Source: a virus
DNA: 52,515 nt
Virus record (IMG/VR): IMGVR_UViG_3300045988_128440
Strand: one strand, 5' to 3'
Part shown: piece after piece, positions 34,401-42,790 of the stretch
Position numbering within the stretch: position 1 is the first letter of the stretch
Layout: every line of letters starts with the position of its first letter
The notes under the pieces: model-generated
The model's input: the letters and a program-made list of their open reading frames with translations, nothing else
The model's database searches: none
What the model was told of the DNA's origin: nothing
Translations under genes and position numbers: made by a program

Positions 34401-35322
34401 CGCAAACGATAGCAAGTACAAAGCACAAGTTGAAGCAGGTCAAAAACGATTAGAAGAATTAGCAAATGAATTAGTTACTCAAACATCAACAATCAATGAA
34501 AATTCACCTGATGTTGTTAATGCTTGGAAATCTATGGCTACTGATAGTGAAGAAACATTTAATAATATCATTAGTAAGTTACCACCTGATTTACAATCTA
34601 CTATTAAAAACATGGTCTATACTGTTGATACTGACGGAGACGGAGTAAAAGACAGCTTTGATACAGTAGCAAAAGATAGTGTTGATAAAGTAGCAAATAA
34701 AAAAGGTAACTTTAGTAGCGCTATGAAAGGCAATGTCGATAGTGTTAAAAGCGCTGTTGACAGTAATAAACTTTCGGTAACAGGAGCGGTTGAAACTTTA
34801 GCTAATAACTCGGTAAAAAAACTTGATAAAGAAGCCGAAGCGGAAACAGCAGGTAAAAACTTTGTTAGAGGTGCTAAAAAAGGTATTGATAACAAGCAAG
34901 AACAAGAAAGCTTGTTAAGTAAAGTTGCTGGATTAGGTTCTAGTATTGTTAAATGGTTCAATAATGCTATTGGTAACCATTCACCATCACATATAGCTAG
35001 AAAATCATTGATCTATTTCTTAAAAGGTGGAGAATTAGGTTTAAAAGATGAACAAAACACATTGTTAAATGATGTTAAAAATCTAGGTAGCGAATTAGTT
35101 GGTACATTTAATGGAGAACTTGAAAACGCTATGAGTGAAATGAATACAAGTGTAAATGGAAGCATTAATACTTTAACTAATGGTGATGTTCAATCTCTAG
35201 GAGGTAGACAAGCTACACAAGTAGTTAATAACTTCTATCAAACTAATAACTCACCAAAAGCATTAAATAGATTAGAAATCTATAGACAAACTAGAAATTT
35301 ACAAAAAATGTATAGTAAGTAA
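31408..35322 (+). CDS. tape measure protein
   Basis: 1304 aa with coiled-coil ends and a central hydrophobic Thr/Ala-rich segment; follows the chaperone pair. Confidence 0.9.
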   Translation: MPKNENKVGALFEFNIDELKQGLKEAKQSISLTTSEFQKSTAGLSNWAKTSDGLGKKINELSSNMAHQEYVIANLKEQYRRVAEEQGENSEEATKLLIQINKAEATYNKMGSQLQDYQSKLSRVQASEKGVSDELAKTSNVADKATKEFQEATKGMIDWKSNSEGLSAKLKQLNTIIPEQSNLVKNLEKRYEDLVNSQDYTEEEAKALQSEWQKQKGVLNSLENDVNKYSKELDKLEGNTKEVDNATSDLNDGFTVAKGVMANLVAEGIKQVISGFKDLIVDVAKFSVEYDKAMNSFQAKTGVSAKAMEQFKGEIEDLYKNNYGESIEDVGDAMAVVAQQSKEVDPSKIKDLAKNAILLRDTFDFDVNESIRSANMLMEQFGISGDEAYTLIAQGAQKGLDKNGDLLDTVNEYAVHYKQLGYTSEEFFNSLINGSASGTFSVDKLGDAMKEFGIRAKDTANSTTEGFELIGLDADKMRDKFSKGGQTARKATEETLKALFNLDDQVKQNQAGVDLFGTMWEDLGIDGVKALMNVNGEASTTADTLKEIDEVKYDDLGSQFTQIGRSIKTNLVQPISQNATPVLKEFLKEASNSSELKEFGQDLVDVASGSIELGVKALPTVASVLKTLTPLIVAGGSALLVYNTYTKTTAMLTKGATIATTAYNTVMGLFKVATTTATTATVAQTVAQTGLNTAMKMNPVGLVLSLVTALGVGLFALSKSTEDYTGVQNKEIEKTKESIKEIKEEINARQEVIDKQKEQISSNMAEMDNVANLNNELKSLVDENGKVKEGYENRVQFILNELSNATGVEISLIDGQIKNYQDLQKEIDNTVLKKKAELILSAQEEAYTQAIENRTKAIDKQRQFQQELTKSENELKKAKEEYNKVLADPYATQLDLSMARSRMETATTEKATKEKQYNDQKTIVDGYYKDIATYEQNATLLASDNAEDWKKVINSVSQGYKDGKDSVELTLSEQIQNQQLAVQANKKLLNQDVKNGKDANDSKYKAQVEAGQKRLEELANELVTQTSTINENSPDVVNAWKSMATDSEETFNNIISKLPPDLQSTIKNMVYTVDTDGDGVKDSFDTVAKDSVDKVANKKGNFSSAMKGNVDSVKSAVDSNKLSVTGAVETLANNSVKKLDKEAEAETAGKNFVRGAKKGIDNKQEQESLLSKVAGLGSSIVKWFNNAIGNHSPSHIARKSLIYFLKGGELGLKDEQNTLLNDVKNLGSELVGTFNGELENAMSEMNTSVNGSINTLTNGDVQSLGGRQATQVVNNFYQTNNSPKALNRLEIYRQTRNLQKMYSK

Positions 35323-35333
35323 GGAGGGGTATA

Positions 35334-36191
35334 ATGTTAAAGTGTATTATCGAAAACGCAAAAGGCGATCAATTGGAATTTAATGATGAAACTAAATACC
35401 AATTATATGAAGTTGATGGATTATACCCTCCTAATGCTTCTATATCTTCATCTAATAATGTTGGTGATGGTTCAATTATTACAAATGCTAGAGTACCATC
35501 AAGAAACATTGTTCTTTATATAGCTATAAATGGGAATGTTGAAGTCAATAGACTTAATCTATATCAATATGCACAAGTAGGAAAATATTTAAAAATGTAT
35601 TTTTCAAACAACAGCAAAAACGTATGGATTGAGGGAAGAGTTGAAACAATAGAAACAAGTATGTTTAGCAATAAACAGGTTTGTCAAATTTCAACTATTT
35701 GTCCTGAACCATTCTTTAAAGATTTACAAGAAACAATCAATAGCATTGATACAGTTGACAATAGATTTTATTTTCCTTTCTATACTGTTAAACCTATTCC
35801 ATTTAGTGTATATGAAACTATTCAAATACTAAACTTAATCAATGATGGGAATATTAAATGTGGTATGGAAATTGACATATACGCAAGGGGTACAATCGTA
35901 AATCCTATTGTATATAATCGTGAAACACAAGAGTATATAGGTTTTGGATGTGAAGAAAGACCATTTACAATGCTTAATGGAGATAGAATTATTATTACAA
36001 CTCAAACCAACAATAAAAAAGTTAAATTGATTAGAAACGCACAAGAAACTAACATTTTCAATTCATTAAAACCTAACAGTACATTTTTACAGCTAGATAG
36101 TGGAGATAATACTTTTACTTATTCGGCTGATGATGGAAATGAATTTATTGATATTAAATTTAAACATTATTCACAATATGAGGGTATTTAA
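35334..36191 (+). CDS. distal tail protein (Dit-like)
   Basis: First gene after the tape measure; 285 aa. RBS AAGGAGGGG. Confidence 0.7.
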   Translation: MLKCIIENAKGDQLEFNDETKYQLYEVDGLYPPNASISSSNNVGDGSIITNARVPSRNIVLYIAINGNVEVNRLNLYQYAQVGKYLKMYFSNNSKNVWIEGRVETIETSMFSNKQVCQISTICPEPFFKDLQETINSIDTVDNRFYFPFYTVKPIPFSVYETIQILNLINDGNIKCGMEIDIYARGTIVNPIVYNRETQEYIGFGCEERPFTMLNGDRIIITTQTNNKKVKLIRNAQETNIFNSLKPNSTFLQLDSGDNTFTYSADDGNEFIDIKFKHYSQYEGI

Positions 36192-36193
36192 TT

Positions 36194-37243
36194 GTGCAAG
36201 TTGTATTAGCTAAAAGTAATTTTGAAAGAATAGGTTTAATTGAAAATGCTAGTGTTATATGGAATGATCGTTTTTATGAAAGTGGAGAGTATGAGTTATA
36301 TATGCCTATTACACAAGAACATTTGGAATTATTATCTCAATCTCTATATGTAATAAGGGATGATAACAAAAATAACATTGGAGTTATACAAGATGTTACC
36401 TTAACACATGATAGTGATAATGGAGATAACATAAAAGTAACAGGTAAATTTGCAAGTGGTTATTATCTATCAAAAAGAGTTGTAAACAGTCAAACAATCA
36501 TTTACAACACGATACCTAATATCATAAGAGGACTTGTTGACCAAAACTTAATAAATCCAAGTGAAAAGAGTAGAAAAATTGATAAAATAGTATTAGGTGC
36601 AAGACCTGATACATTTACAACTAATGTAAGTATGCAAATTACAGGTGATAACGTAAATGATAAGGTTGTTGAAATTTGTAAAGCGTATGAAATAGGTTTA
36701 AAAATGCCACTCAAAAACAATAAATTATATTTAGATTTATATCAAGGCACAAATAGATCATACGCTCAATATGATAATCCCTTTGTAGTATTCAGTGATG
36801 ATTATGATAATCTTGATAACGTTGAATATACAAAAACAACAAGCGAGGTTATTAATTTTGCTTATGTTGCTGGTGAGGGAGAGGGAAGTGCAAGAAAGAT
36901 TGTAACAGCCTTTAATGGTAATGAACCGACAGGAGAAGCAAGAAATGAAATTTGGGTAGACCAAAGAAATATGAGTTCAAATGATGGTGAAATTACTGAT
37001 GATGAACTAACCGAACAAATGAGATTGCAAGGGTTAGAAGAACTTAAAACATTTACCGAAAACTTTAGCGGTGATTTGTTAAATACATTAGGCTATGAAT
37101 ATAACAAAGATTTCTTTTTAGGCGATATAGTAACTGTGCAAATGAAAAGATGGCAAGGGTTATATGCAAATGTAAGAATTATTGAAGTAACTGAAAGTGA
37201 AGATGAAAACGGAAAAGTATTTAGTTTCACGTTTGAAATTTAG
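36194..37243 (+). CDS. siphovirus Gp37-like (ReqiPepy6 type) baseplate/tail protein
   Basis: The N-terminus VVLAKSNFERIGLIENASVIWNDRFYESGEYELYMP matches that family's signature by eye. Confidence 0.6.
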   Translation: MQVVLAKSNFERIGLIENASVIWNDRFYESGEYELYMPITQEHLELLSQSLYVIRDDNKNNIGVIQDVTLTHDSDNGDNIKVTGKFASGYYLSKRVVNSQTIIYNTIPNIIRGLVDQNLINPSEKSRKIDKIVLGARPDTFTTNVSMQITGDNVNDKVVEICKAYEIGLKMPLKNNKLYLDLYQGTNRSYAQYDNPFVVFSDDYDNLDNVEYTKTTSEVINFAYVAGEGEGSARKIVTAFNGNEPTGEARNEIWVDQRNMSSNDGEITDDELTEQMRLQGLEELKTFTENFSGDLLNTLGYEYNKDFFLGDIVTVQMKRWQGLYANVRIIEVTESEDENGKVFSFTFEI

Positions 37244-37255
37244 GAGGTGCAAAAA

Positions 37256-38839
37256 ATGGCTATAGAATTAGCAAGTGGATTTTTTAATGCAATAATGCAA
37301 GATGGAGTACCTGATAGAACTTATAATTGTGATGATTTAAACGAGTTTCTAAAAGGTTTGGTAAGTGAAAATGGTATTTATGCGGAGGTTTCAAGCGCTT
37401 GTCAAGTAGTAGCAAGTAGTGGAATGAATGTTGTTGTAAAAACAGGTAAAGGGCAAATAGGCTTTAATTGGTTTGAAATTGAAAGTGATACAACATTAGA
37501 AATTGCAAATAGTGATGTTGTTTTAAATCGTATTGATAGGGTTGTTATTCAAAGAAGTTTAACTAATAGAAATACAGTTATATATGTTAAACAAGGTACG
37601 TTAGCTTCAAACCCTACACCACCAGCATTAACAAGAAATGAAAGTGTATATGAGATTGCTTTAGCTGATATTCTAGTGTCTAAAAATATTAGTGCAATCA
37701 CAACATCTTTAATTACTGACCAACGATCAAACAATAATGTTTGTGGCTGGATTGTAGGATTGATTGAACAATTTGATACAACTACATTATTTAATCAATA
37801 TGAAGAAGCACAAGACAATTTTATAAACAATCAAACACAAAACTTTAACAATTGGTTTAATGGCATTAAAGAAGAAGTAAAAGCAACAAGTTTATATAGA
37901 GAATATCGTTCATTATATGCAACAGTAAATGCAAATGAGCAAGACATTTCTATTCCATCTACAATATTATTTGATAACAACGGATTAGATGTATTAGAGG
38001 TTATTATTAATGGTTTAGTAGCGAATGACAATCAATATAGTATTAGTGATGATGGAACTAGTATTCATTTAACAAGTCCGTTAAGCGTTATTGGTACTAA
38101 AGTTGAGTTTGTAAATAAAAAGTCGGTTGAGGGTACAGTAGCTGAAAGCACAGTTTTAAGAGTTGAAGCATTAGAAAAGAAAGTCAATGATACTTATAAT
38201 TGCTGTTATGAAGCAACAGGGCAAAACGATAACGTTAAACTATCTAATATGGTTCAAGACTTCTTACAAGGGGTTGGAAACTATGCAGGTGTTCAAGATA
38301 CATCTTGCCTTTATATTAAAGTTTGTGATGTGCTAGGAATTACAAGTACGATTGATGGGAATGTATTTGATTTCAATAGTACAGCGACAACAAATAGAAG
38401 AGTTATAGTTGATTTTGCAAGTGCTACAATTCCTTTGATTAATTTAAGTGGAAATATAGCTATTATGAGTTGTACCGATCACATTTCAATTAAACACGCT
38501 AATATTAAAGCAACTAAAAGAAGTGGGCAAACAATGTATGGTTTCTATGGAGGTCATTATGACGATTGCCACATTAATATTGATTGTGCTAGTTCAACAG
38601 GTACTTGCTATGGTGCTTGGTCTTGCAAAGATGTTTCAAATAGTGAAATTAATTTAACAAACGTTTCAAATACAGCGTATGGAATTTATGAATGTGATAA
38701 ATCATTATTTAACAATATCTCTATGAGTTCAGGAACATCAATAAGATTAAGAGGTAAAAAGTTAATGATGGGTAACTTTGTAAATAAATCTATTGATGTT
38801 GACTCAAACGTTACAAATATAGGAACTATTACAGTTTAG
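37256..38839 (+). CDS. tail fibre / receptor-binding protein
   Basis: ATG after AGGAGGTG; 527 aa; last tail gene before the holin. Confidence 0.55.
   Translation: MAIELASGFFNAIMQDGVPDRTYNCDDLNEFLKGLVSENGIYAEVSSACQVVASSGMNVVVKTGKGQIGFNWFEIESDTTLEIANSDVVLNRIDRVVIQRSLTNRNTVIYVKQGTLASNPTPPALTRNESVYEIALADILVSKNISAITTSLITDQRSNNNVCGWIVGLIEQFDTTTLFNQYEEAQDNFINNQTQNFNNWFNGIKEEVKATSLYREYRSLYATVNANEQDISIPSTILFDNNGLDVLEVIINGLVANDNQYSISDDGTSIHLTSPLSVIGTKVEFVNKKSVEGTVAESTVLRVEALEKKVNDTYNCCYEATGQNDNVKLSNMVQDFLQGVGNYAGVQDTSCLYIKVCDVLGITSTIDGNVFDFNSTATTNRRVIVDFASATIPLINLSGNIAIMSCTDHISIKHANIKATKRSGQTMYGFYGGHYDDCHINIDCASSTGTCYGAWSCKDVSNSEINLTNVSNTAYGIYECDKSLFNNISMSSGTSIRLRGKKLMMGNFVNKSIDVDSNVTNIGTITV
38635..38647 (+). 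repeat. motif variant TTCAAATAGTGAA (intragenic)
   Basis: One mismatch; about 200 nt before the end of CDS 37256..38839. Confidence 0.5.
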
Positions 38840-38854
38840 AAAGGAGGTATGTCT

Positions 38855-39022
38855 ATGAAAGAACTAAAAGCCTTGCTAAAGGTTAAAAGTATCATGACAC
38901 TAACAGTCATGGCGGTATTTGTATATATGGCGGTAACAGGGCAATTATCAAATGAATTAACATCAAGTGTAATTACCGCTGTTATTACATATTACTTTAC
39001 TAAAAAAGATGTGGAGGGATAG
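38855..39022 (+). CDS. holin-like small membrane protein (55 aa)
   Basis: RBS AAAGGAGG. Two hydrophobic segments (SIMTLTVMAVFVYMAV, SSVITAVITYYF) and a charged C-terminus. Confidence 0.6.
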   Translation: MKELKALLKVKSIMTLTVMAVFVYMAVTGQLSNELTSSVITAVITYYFTKKDVEG

Positions 39023-39025
39023 ACA

Positions 39026-39352
39026 ATGGACGGAAATACAACAATTAGTGTAGCGTTATTGATTTCAGTTGCAAGTATTGTATTTACCGCATTGAATTTT
39101 CGTAGAAACGCAAAGAAAGATGATGAAGAACATCAAAGAGAAAAAGAGAAGCAAGTAGAAAATAGATTAAAGATGAATATGAAATTAGATCAATTATGCA
39201 ATACAACAAATGAAATAAGAAGCGATACAAAAGCAACATTTGAACAAATGAGGAATTTAGAGAAACGTGTTGGACTTGTAGAGCAATCGACAAAAACATT
39301 GCATGAAAGATTAGATGATCACATTAAGCAAACAAGGGGCATTGATGAATAA
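39026..39352 (+). CDS. XhlA-like membrane-anchored coiled-coil lysis accessory protein
   Basis: N-terminal TM segment TTISVALLISVASIVFTAL followed by a coiled coil. Confidence 0.5.
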   Translation: MDGNTTISVALLISVASIVFTALNFRRNAKKDDEEHQREKEKQVENRLKMNMKLDQLCNTTNEIRSDTKATFEQMRNLEKRVGLVEQSTKTLHERLDDHIKQTRGIDE

Positions 39353-39367
39353 TCAATGTCTTTTTTT
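39340..39367 (+). terminator. intrinsic terminator
   Basis: Stem cattgat/atcaatg, then tc plus T7. Confidence 0.65.
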
Positions 39368-39404
39368 ATTTGTAAAAAAAATTGAAAAAATTTACTGTAA
39401 AATA

Positions 39405-39433
39405 TTGACATATATATGTAATACCTATATAAT
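39405..39433 (+). promoter_or_regulatory. promoter TTGACA-N17-TATAAT (reused promoter family)
   Basis: Hexamers at 39405-39410 and 39428-39433; spacer atatgtaatacctat; A-rich UP region. Confidence 0.7.
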
Positions 39434-39483
39434 AAAGGTGTAATAAGAAAGGGAGTTCAAAGGAACTCATAAGGATAAGAAAA

Positions 39484-39783
39484 ATGAAAATTAGAAAAGT
39501 AGAAGTAAGAACGACATATAATATTGAATACACTTTAAAAGATTTTTGGGAAATCGTTGGAGGTGCATTAAATGATGTAACAAATGTTGAAAAATGTTTT
39601 CATAAATATAATGGTGAAAAATCAACATTAGGGGATGTAAGAAACCTATTCGAGTCATTTAATGGTTTTAACGGTGATGAATTAAGTTATATCGCTCGTA
39701 AATTAGGTTTTGACGGATGGAAAAATGTATTATGTTGTAGAACCTGTTGGATTTCAAGGATTTACAAGAGAAGTACCATGTGA
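39484..39783 (+). CDS. hypothetical protein (moron region)
   Basis: 99-aa ORF behind the family promoter; leader hairpin at 39453-39468. Confidence 0.65.
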   Translation: MKIRKVEVRTTYNIEYTLKDFWEIVGGALNDVTNVEKCFHKYNGEKSTLGDVRNLFESFNGFNGDELSYIARKLGFDGWKNVLCCRTCWISRIYKRSTM

Positions 39784-39822
39784 ACAATGCTATAAATAAT
39801 GGCTATACATTAATTGTATAGC

Positions 39823-39835
39823 TTCAAATAGTAAA
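39823..39835 (+). repeat. TTCAAATAGTAAA motif copy (perfect)
   Basis: Follows hairpin gctataca-ttaat-tgtatagc; 21 nt before ATG 39857. Confidence 0.9.
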
Positions 39836-39856
39836 TTTAGATAGGAGATAAGAAAG

Positions 39857-40252
39857 ATGATCAAACATTATTATATTGAAAATGGAAACAAGGTTTATTT
39901 TACAAAGGAACAAGAAGAAGAATTAACATATGGTAGATTAAGCAAAGAATTAATAGGGAAAGTTGGTGCAATAATCCCTTTTGATGTTACTTGCAAAGTA
40001 AAAAAAGGTGAAAAGTTTGAAGATATTGAAGTAACTAATACTAATATGTATCTTCAAAGAAATATATTAGGTGATTATCAAAATTGCTATGTTTATGTAG
40101 ATAAACAAGGTAATTATTACATTGAAGAAAATGATAGTACAATTACATATTATTTTGAATACAAGGAAGAATTTATACCTTTAATTCCACTAGCTGGTAA
40201 AGATTTAGAAATCATAAATAGAAGATACAACGTAAATTTAGGAGGGAAATAA
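39857..40252 (+). CDS. hypothetical protein
   Basis: 131-aa ORF with RBS TAGGAGA. Confidence 0.75.
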   Translation: MIKHYYIENGNKVYFTKEQEEELTYGRLSKELIGKVGAIIPFDVTCKVKKGEKFEDIEVTNTNMYLQRNILGDYQNCYVYVDKQGNYYIEENDSTITYYFEYKEEFIPLIPLAGKDLEIINRRYNVNLGGK

Positions 40253-40253
40253 A

Positions 40254-40667
40254 ATGATCAAATTTATGGAAGTCAATGTAAACCCTAAAAAAAGAAAAAC
40301 AGGGGATTGCTCAACAAGAGCATTAGTAGGAACTTTAGGTATTAGTTATGATGAAGCTTTAAAACTTCAATGTGAAGAAAGTTTAAAGTGCTACTATGAT
40401 ATAACATCAAAACAAGTTATGGAAAGCATTTTAAATAAGTTTGGGTATGTAAAAATGCCACAACCTAGAAAGCCTAACGGAAAAAAATATAGAGTTGGGG
40501 AAATGGATAAAATCCTAACCGAAAAACAATTATTAGAGGGTGTTTTAATATCAGTCCCAAAACATTATACAGTTATTAAAAATAATCAAGTAGAAGATAC
40601 ATGGGATTGTAGAACTTATGTAGTAGGGAATTATTATGTGAAAGTTGGAGGTGATGAACAATGTTAG
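40254..40667 (+). CDS. hypothetical protein with N-terminal GDC motif (possible papain-like fold)
   Basis: NPKKRKTGDCSTRALVG..HYTVIKNNQVEDTWDC; the function call is weak. Confidence 0.6.
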   Translation: MIKFMEVNVNPKKRKTGDCSTRALVGTLGISYDEALKLQCEESLKCYYDITSKQVMESILNKFGYVKMPQPRKPNGKKYRVGEMDKILTEKQLLEGVLISVPKHYTVIKNNQVEDTWDCRTYVVGNYYVKVGGDEQC

Positions 40668-40959
40668 AAACTATCTTTTGGACATTAATAAAGGGCGCTA
40701 TTTTGATTGTAGTTGTAGCAGGTGCTTTATTATATGCTGATGAACATATAAAAGATTAAGTGAAATTATGTGAAACATCATAATATTATTCAAATTTAAT
40801 TTTATATAAGTATCATAGGATTTGAAAGGAGGAAGAAAACGATAAGTAATATCATAGCTTTTTTTATTGGAAATTCTCCATTAATGAAAGCAATATTTAT
40901 CATAACACCATTTATTGTTATGTGGTTAGGAATTAGAAAGATAAAGAGGGTTTTAAAAG

Positions 40960-41310
40960 ATGAATGAATTTGATGAAATTATGAAAACTGTAAATGAAAG
41001 TTTTCAAATAGTAGAAAAAGAAAAGGAAGAGAAGCCTATTCAAATTAAAAGAAAGAGGACTTTGGAGGATAGCACCATGTATAAGTATTATGAAGCAAAA
41101 AAGAATTTATTAGTACCCATGAAGCTTAAAAATGGAATGTATAGGCTCGTAAAAATACCTAAAGGTAAAAGGTATCGTTACTATGATGAAATCAACAGGA
41201 GGGGCAAAATAACGCTATGTAAAGAGGTGTTTAATAAAGAGTGGTTACGTGATGTTATTACAATGCCTAGAGAAGATTTTAAAAAGTATTTTAAAGAGGT
41301 GAAAAAATGA
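40960..41310 (+). CDS. hypothetical protein
   Basis: 116-aa ORF. Confidence 0.7.
   Translation: MNEFDEIMKTVNESFQIVEKEKEEKPIQIKRKRTLEDSTMYKYYEAKKNLLVPMKLKNGMYRLVKIPKGKRYRYYDEINRRGKITLCKEVFNKEWLRDVITMPREDFKKYFKEVKK
41003..41015 (+). repeat. motif variant TTCAAATAGTAGA (intragenic)
   Basis: One mismatch; near the 5' end of CDS 40960..41310. Confidence 0.4.
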
Positions 41311-41459
41311 AGCATGGTAAGAGATTAAATTTTGAAATGAAAAAGCTGTTAGTTGAAAATGGATTAAACCCAAAAGAATGGCTTTATGTTAAAAATCTAA
41401 ATGATAAATTGGTATTGATCAATACAAAGAACAACACCATTAAGGAGTTAGAAAAATGA
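41307..41459 (+). CDS. small conserved phage/ICE protein (50 aa)
   Basis: MKHGKRLNFEMKKLLVENGLNPKEWLYVKNLNDKLVLINTKN. Overlapping starts and stops on both sides. Confidence 0.55.
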   Translation: MKHGKRLNFEMKKLLVENGLNPKEWLYVKNLNDKLVLINTKNNTIKELEK

Positions 41460-41653
41460 GACCTTATACCAATGAAGAATGTTATCAAGCTTTGTTAGAT
41501 GATTACATTGAATTAGAAAATAAGTATGAGGATTTAAAAGAAGAAATTAAAGGCAAAGAAGAAATCATAGAATTTTTACAAAATGAAAATGATGAACTCT
41601 ATCAAAAGACAAAGAAACTAGAAATTGCTTTAAAAAGGAGTGAAAAAGAATGA
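41456..41653 (+). CDS. coiled-coil protein
   Basis: 65 aa; ATGA overlaps at both ends. Confidence 0.65.
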   Translation: MRPYTNEECYQALLDDYIELENKYEDLKEEIKGKEEIIEFLQNENDELYQKTKKLEIALKRSEKE

Positions 41654-41889
41654 AAAAGAAAATTATATTATGTATTGTATGCCTTGCTAATTTAGTAGTG
41701 TTAAGCATTTCATTTAAAAGGGAACAAACATTGCAAAATGAAAACATGAAGTTAAAAGAAGAAATAGAAACTATAGAAGATGAAAAGCTACAAGTAGAAG
41801 AAGATTATAGAAAATTGGTAGATGGCTACAATGATTTAAATGAAGCATATAGCAAATTAAAAGTTGAATATGACAACCTACCAAAATGA
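41650..41889 (+). CDS. signal-anchor plus coiled-coil protein; probable N-terminal part of a 3D-domain protein via TGA 41887 read-through
   Basis: MKKKIILCIVCLANLVVLSISF anchor. The TGA stop is in frame with the start-less ORF 41890..42174. Confidence 0.65.
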   Translation: MKKKIILCIVCLANLVVLSISFKREQTLQNENMKLKEEIETIEDEKLQVEEDYRKLVDGYNDLNEAYSKLKVEYDNLPK

Positions 41890-42174
41890 ACATCATTAGG
41901 CATTTACAAAATAACTAATTATTGTGGGTGCTATGAATGTAACGGTAAATGGGTAGGAAGTCCAACAAAACTAGGTACTAACTATGTAGAGGGTAGAACG
42001 GTTGGAGTAGATACCGACTATATACCTTTAGGAAGTAAAATTATGATAGATGGTCATGTTTACGTTGCGGAAGATACAGGCTCATTCAATGGGCAAGTAA
42101 TTGATGTATATGTAGATGATCATTCTAAATTTGATATGAAATACAAGGAAGTTTATATATTGGAGGAACAATAA
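41890..42174 (+). CDS. 3D (MltA-like double-psi beta-barrel) domain ORF lacking its own start codon
   Basis: Reads YKITNYCGCYECNGKWVGSPTKLGTNYVEGRTVGVDTDYIPLGSKIMIDGHVYVAEDTGSFNGQVIDVYVDDH. There is no ATG, GTG or TTG before codon ~48. Same frame as ORF 41650. Confidence 0.65.
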   Translation, partial: TSLGIYKITNYCGCYECNGKWVGSPTKLGTNYVEGRTVGVDTDYIPLGSKIMIDGHVYVAEDTGSFNGQVIDVYVDDHSKFDMKYKEVYILEEQ

Positions 42175-42175
42175 A

Positions 42176-42673
42176 ATGACAAAAGAAGAACTAGAAAGTG
42201 CTATTGAAAAACAAGAGCAAATACTAAAAGATACTAAATATTATCTTGATAACCTCAAAGAAGAAGTTAGTAAATTAAAAGATGAAGAAGATTATACACC
42301 TGTAAATTGGAAACCTAAAGATGGTGAAAATGGTTATTTTGCTAATTCATGGTTAAATGTAGTTAATATAGTGTTCTTTGAAAATGAAGATCAAAAGCAA
42401 ATTCTAAAATACAATCGTATCTTTAAAACCGAAGAAGAATGTAAAAAATATTGTGAAATTCAAATAGCATTTAGAGAAAAGGCTAGACCATTTATTTATA
42501 ATGAAAAAAATTTTATACTTCGTTATAAACAGGAAACTAGTGAAATTTTAATATCTACTTTATATTTTGATCAATTTGATACTTTACACTTTGAAAGAAA
42601 TGATTTAAAAGAATTAATGAAACGCTTTAGCAAAAGTGATATTAAAAGATATTACTTGAATATTGATGATTAA
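42176..42673 (+). CDS. hypothetical protein
   Basis: 165-aa ORF with RBS GGAGGAAC. Confidence 0.75.
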   Translation: MTKEELESAIEKQEQILKDTKYYLDNLKEEVSKLKDEEDYTPVNWKPKDGENGYFANSWLNVVNIVFFENEDQKQILKYNRIFKTEEECKKYCEIQIAFREKARPFIYNEKNFILRYKQETSEILISTLYFDQFDTLHFERNDLKELMKRFSKSDIKRYYLNIDD

Positions 42674-42753
42674 ATCGTTGTACTTATCATTTATATAATA
42701 AATATACGTAAGAGTACGTACCTTTTAATTATCATTGAAAAAACCCATCAAAA

Positions 42754-42784
42754 AAACCCTTTAATATCAAGGGTTTCTTTTTTT
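42754..42784. terminator. bidirectional intrinsic terminator
   Basis: Stem aaaccctt/aagggttt, with an A-run upstream and a T-run downstream. Lies between the convergent genes 42176..42673 (+) and the integrase (-). Confidence 0.7.
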
Positions 42785-42790
42785 GCTTAT

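Noticed and set aside
39720-39799. Possible frameshift at the A5 run near the 3' end of ORF 39484..39783. The +1 frame reads DGKMYYVVEPVGFQGFTREVPCEQCYK and stops right before the hairpin at 39802.
   Set aside because: Both frames end within 16 nt of each other, and I have no homologue to decide which C-terminus is real. The evidence is too weak for a finding.
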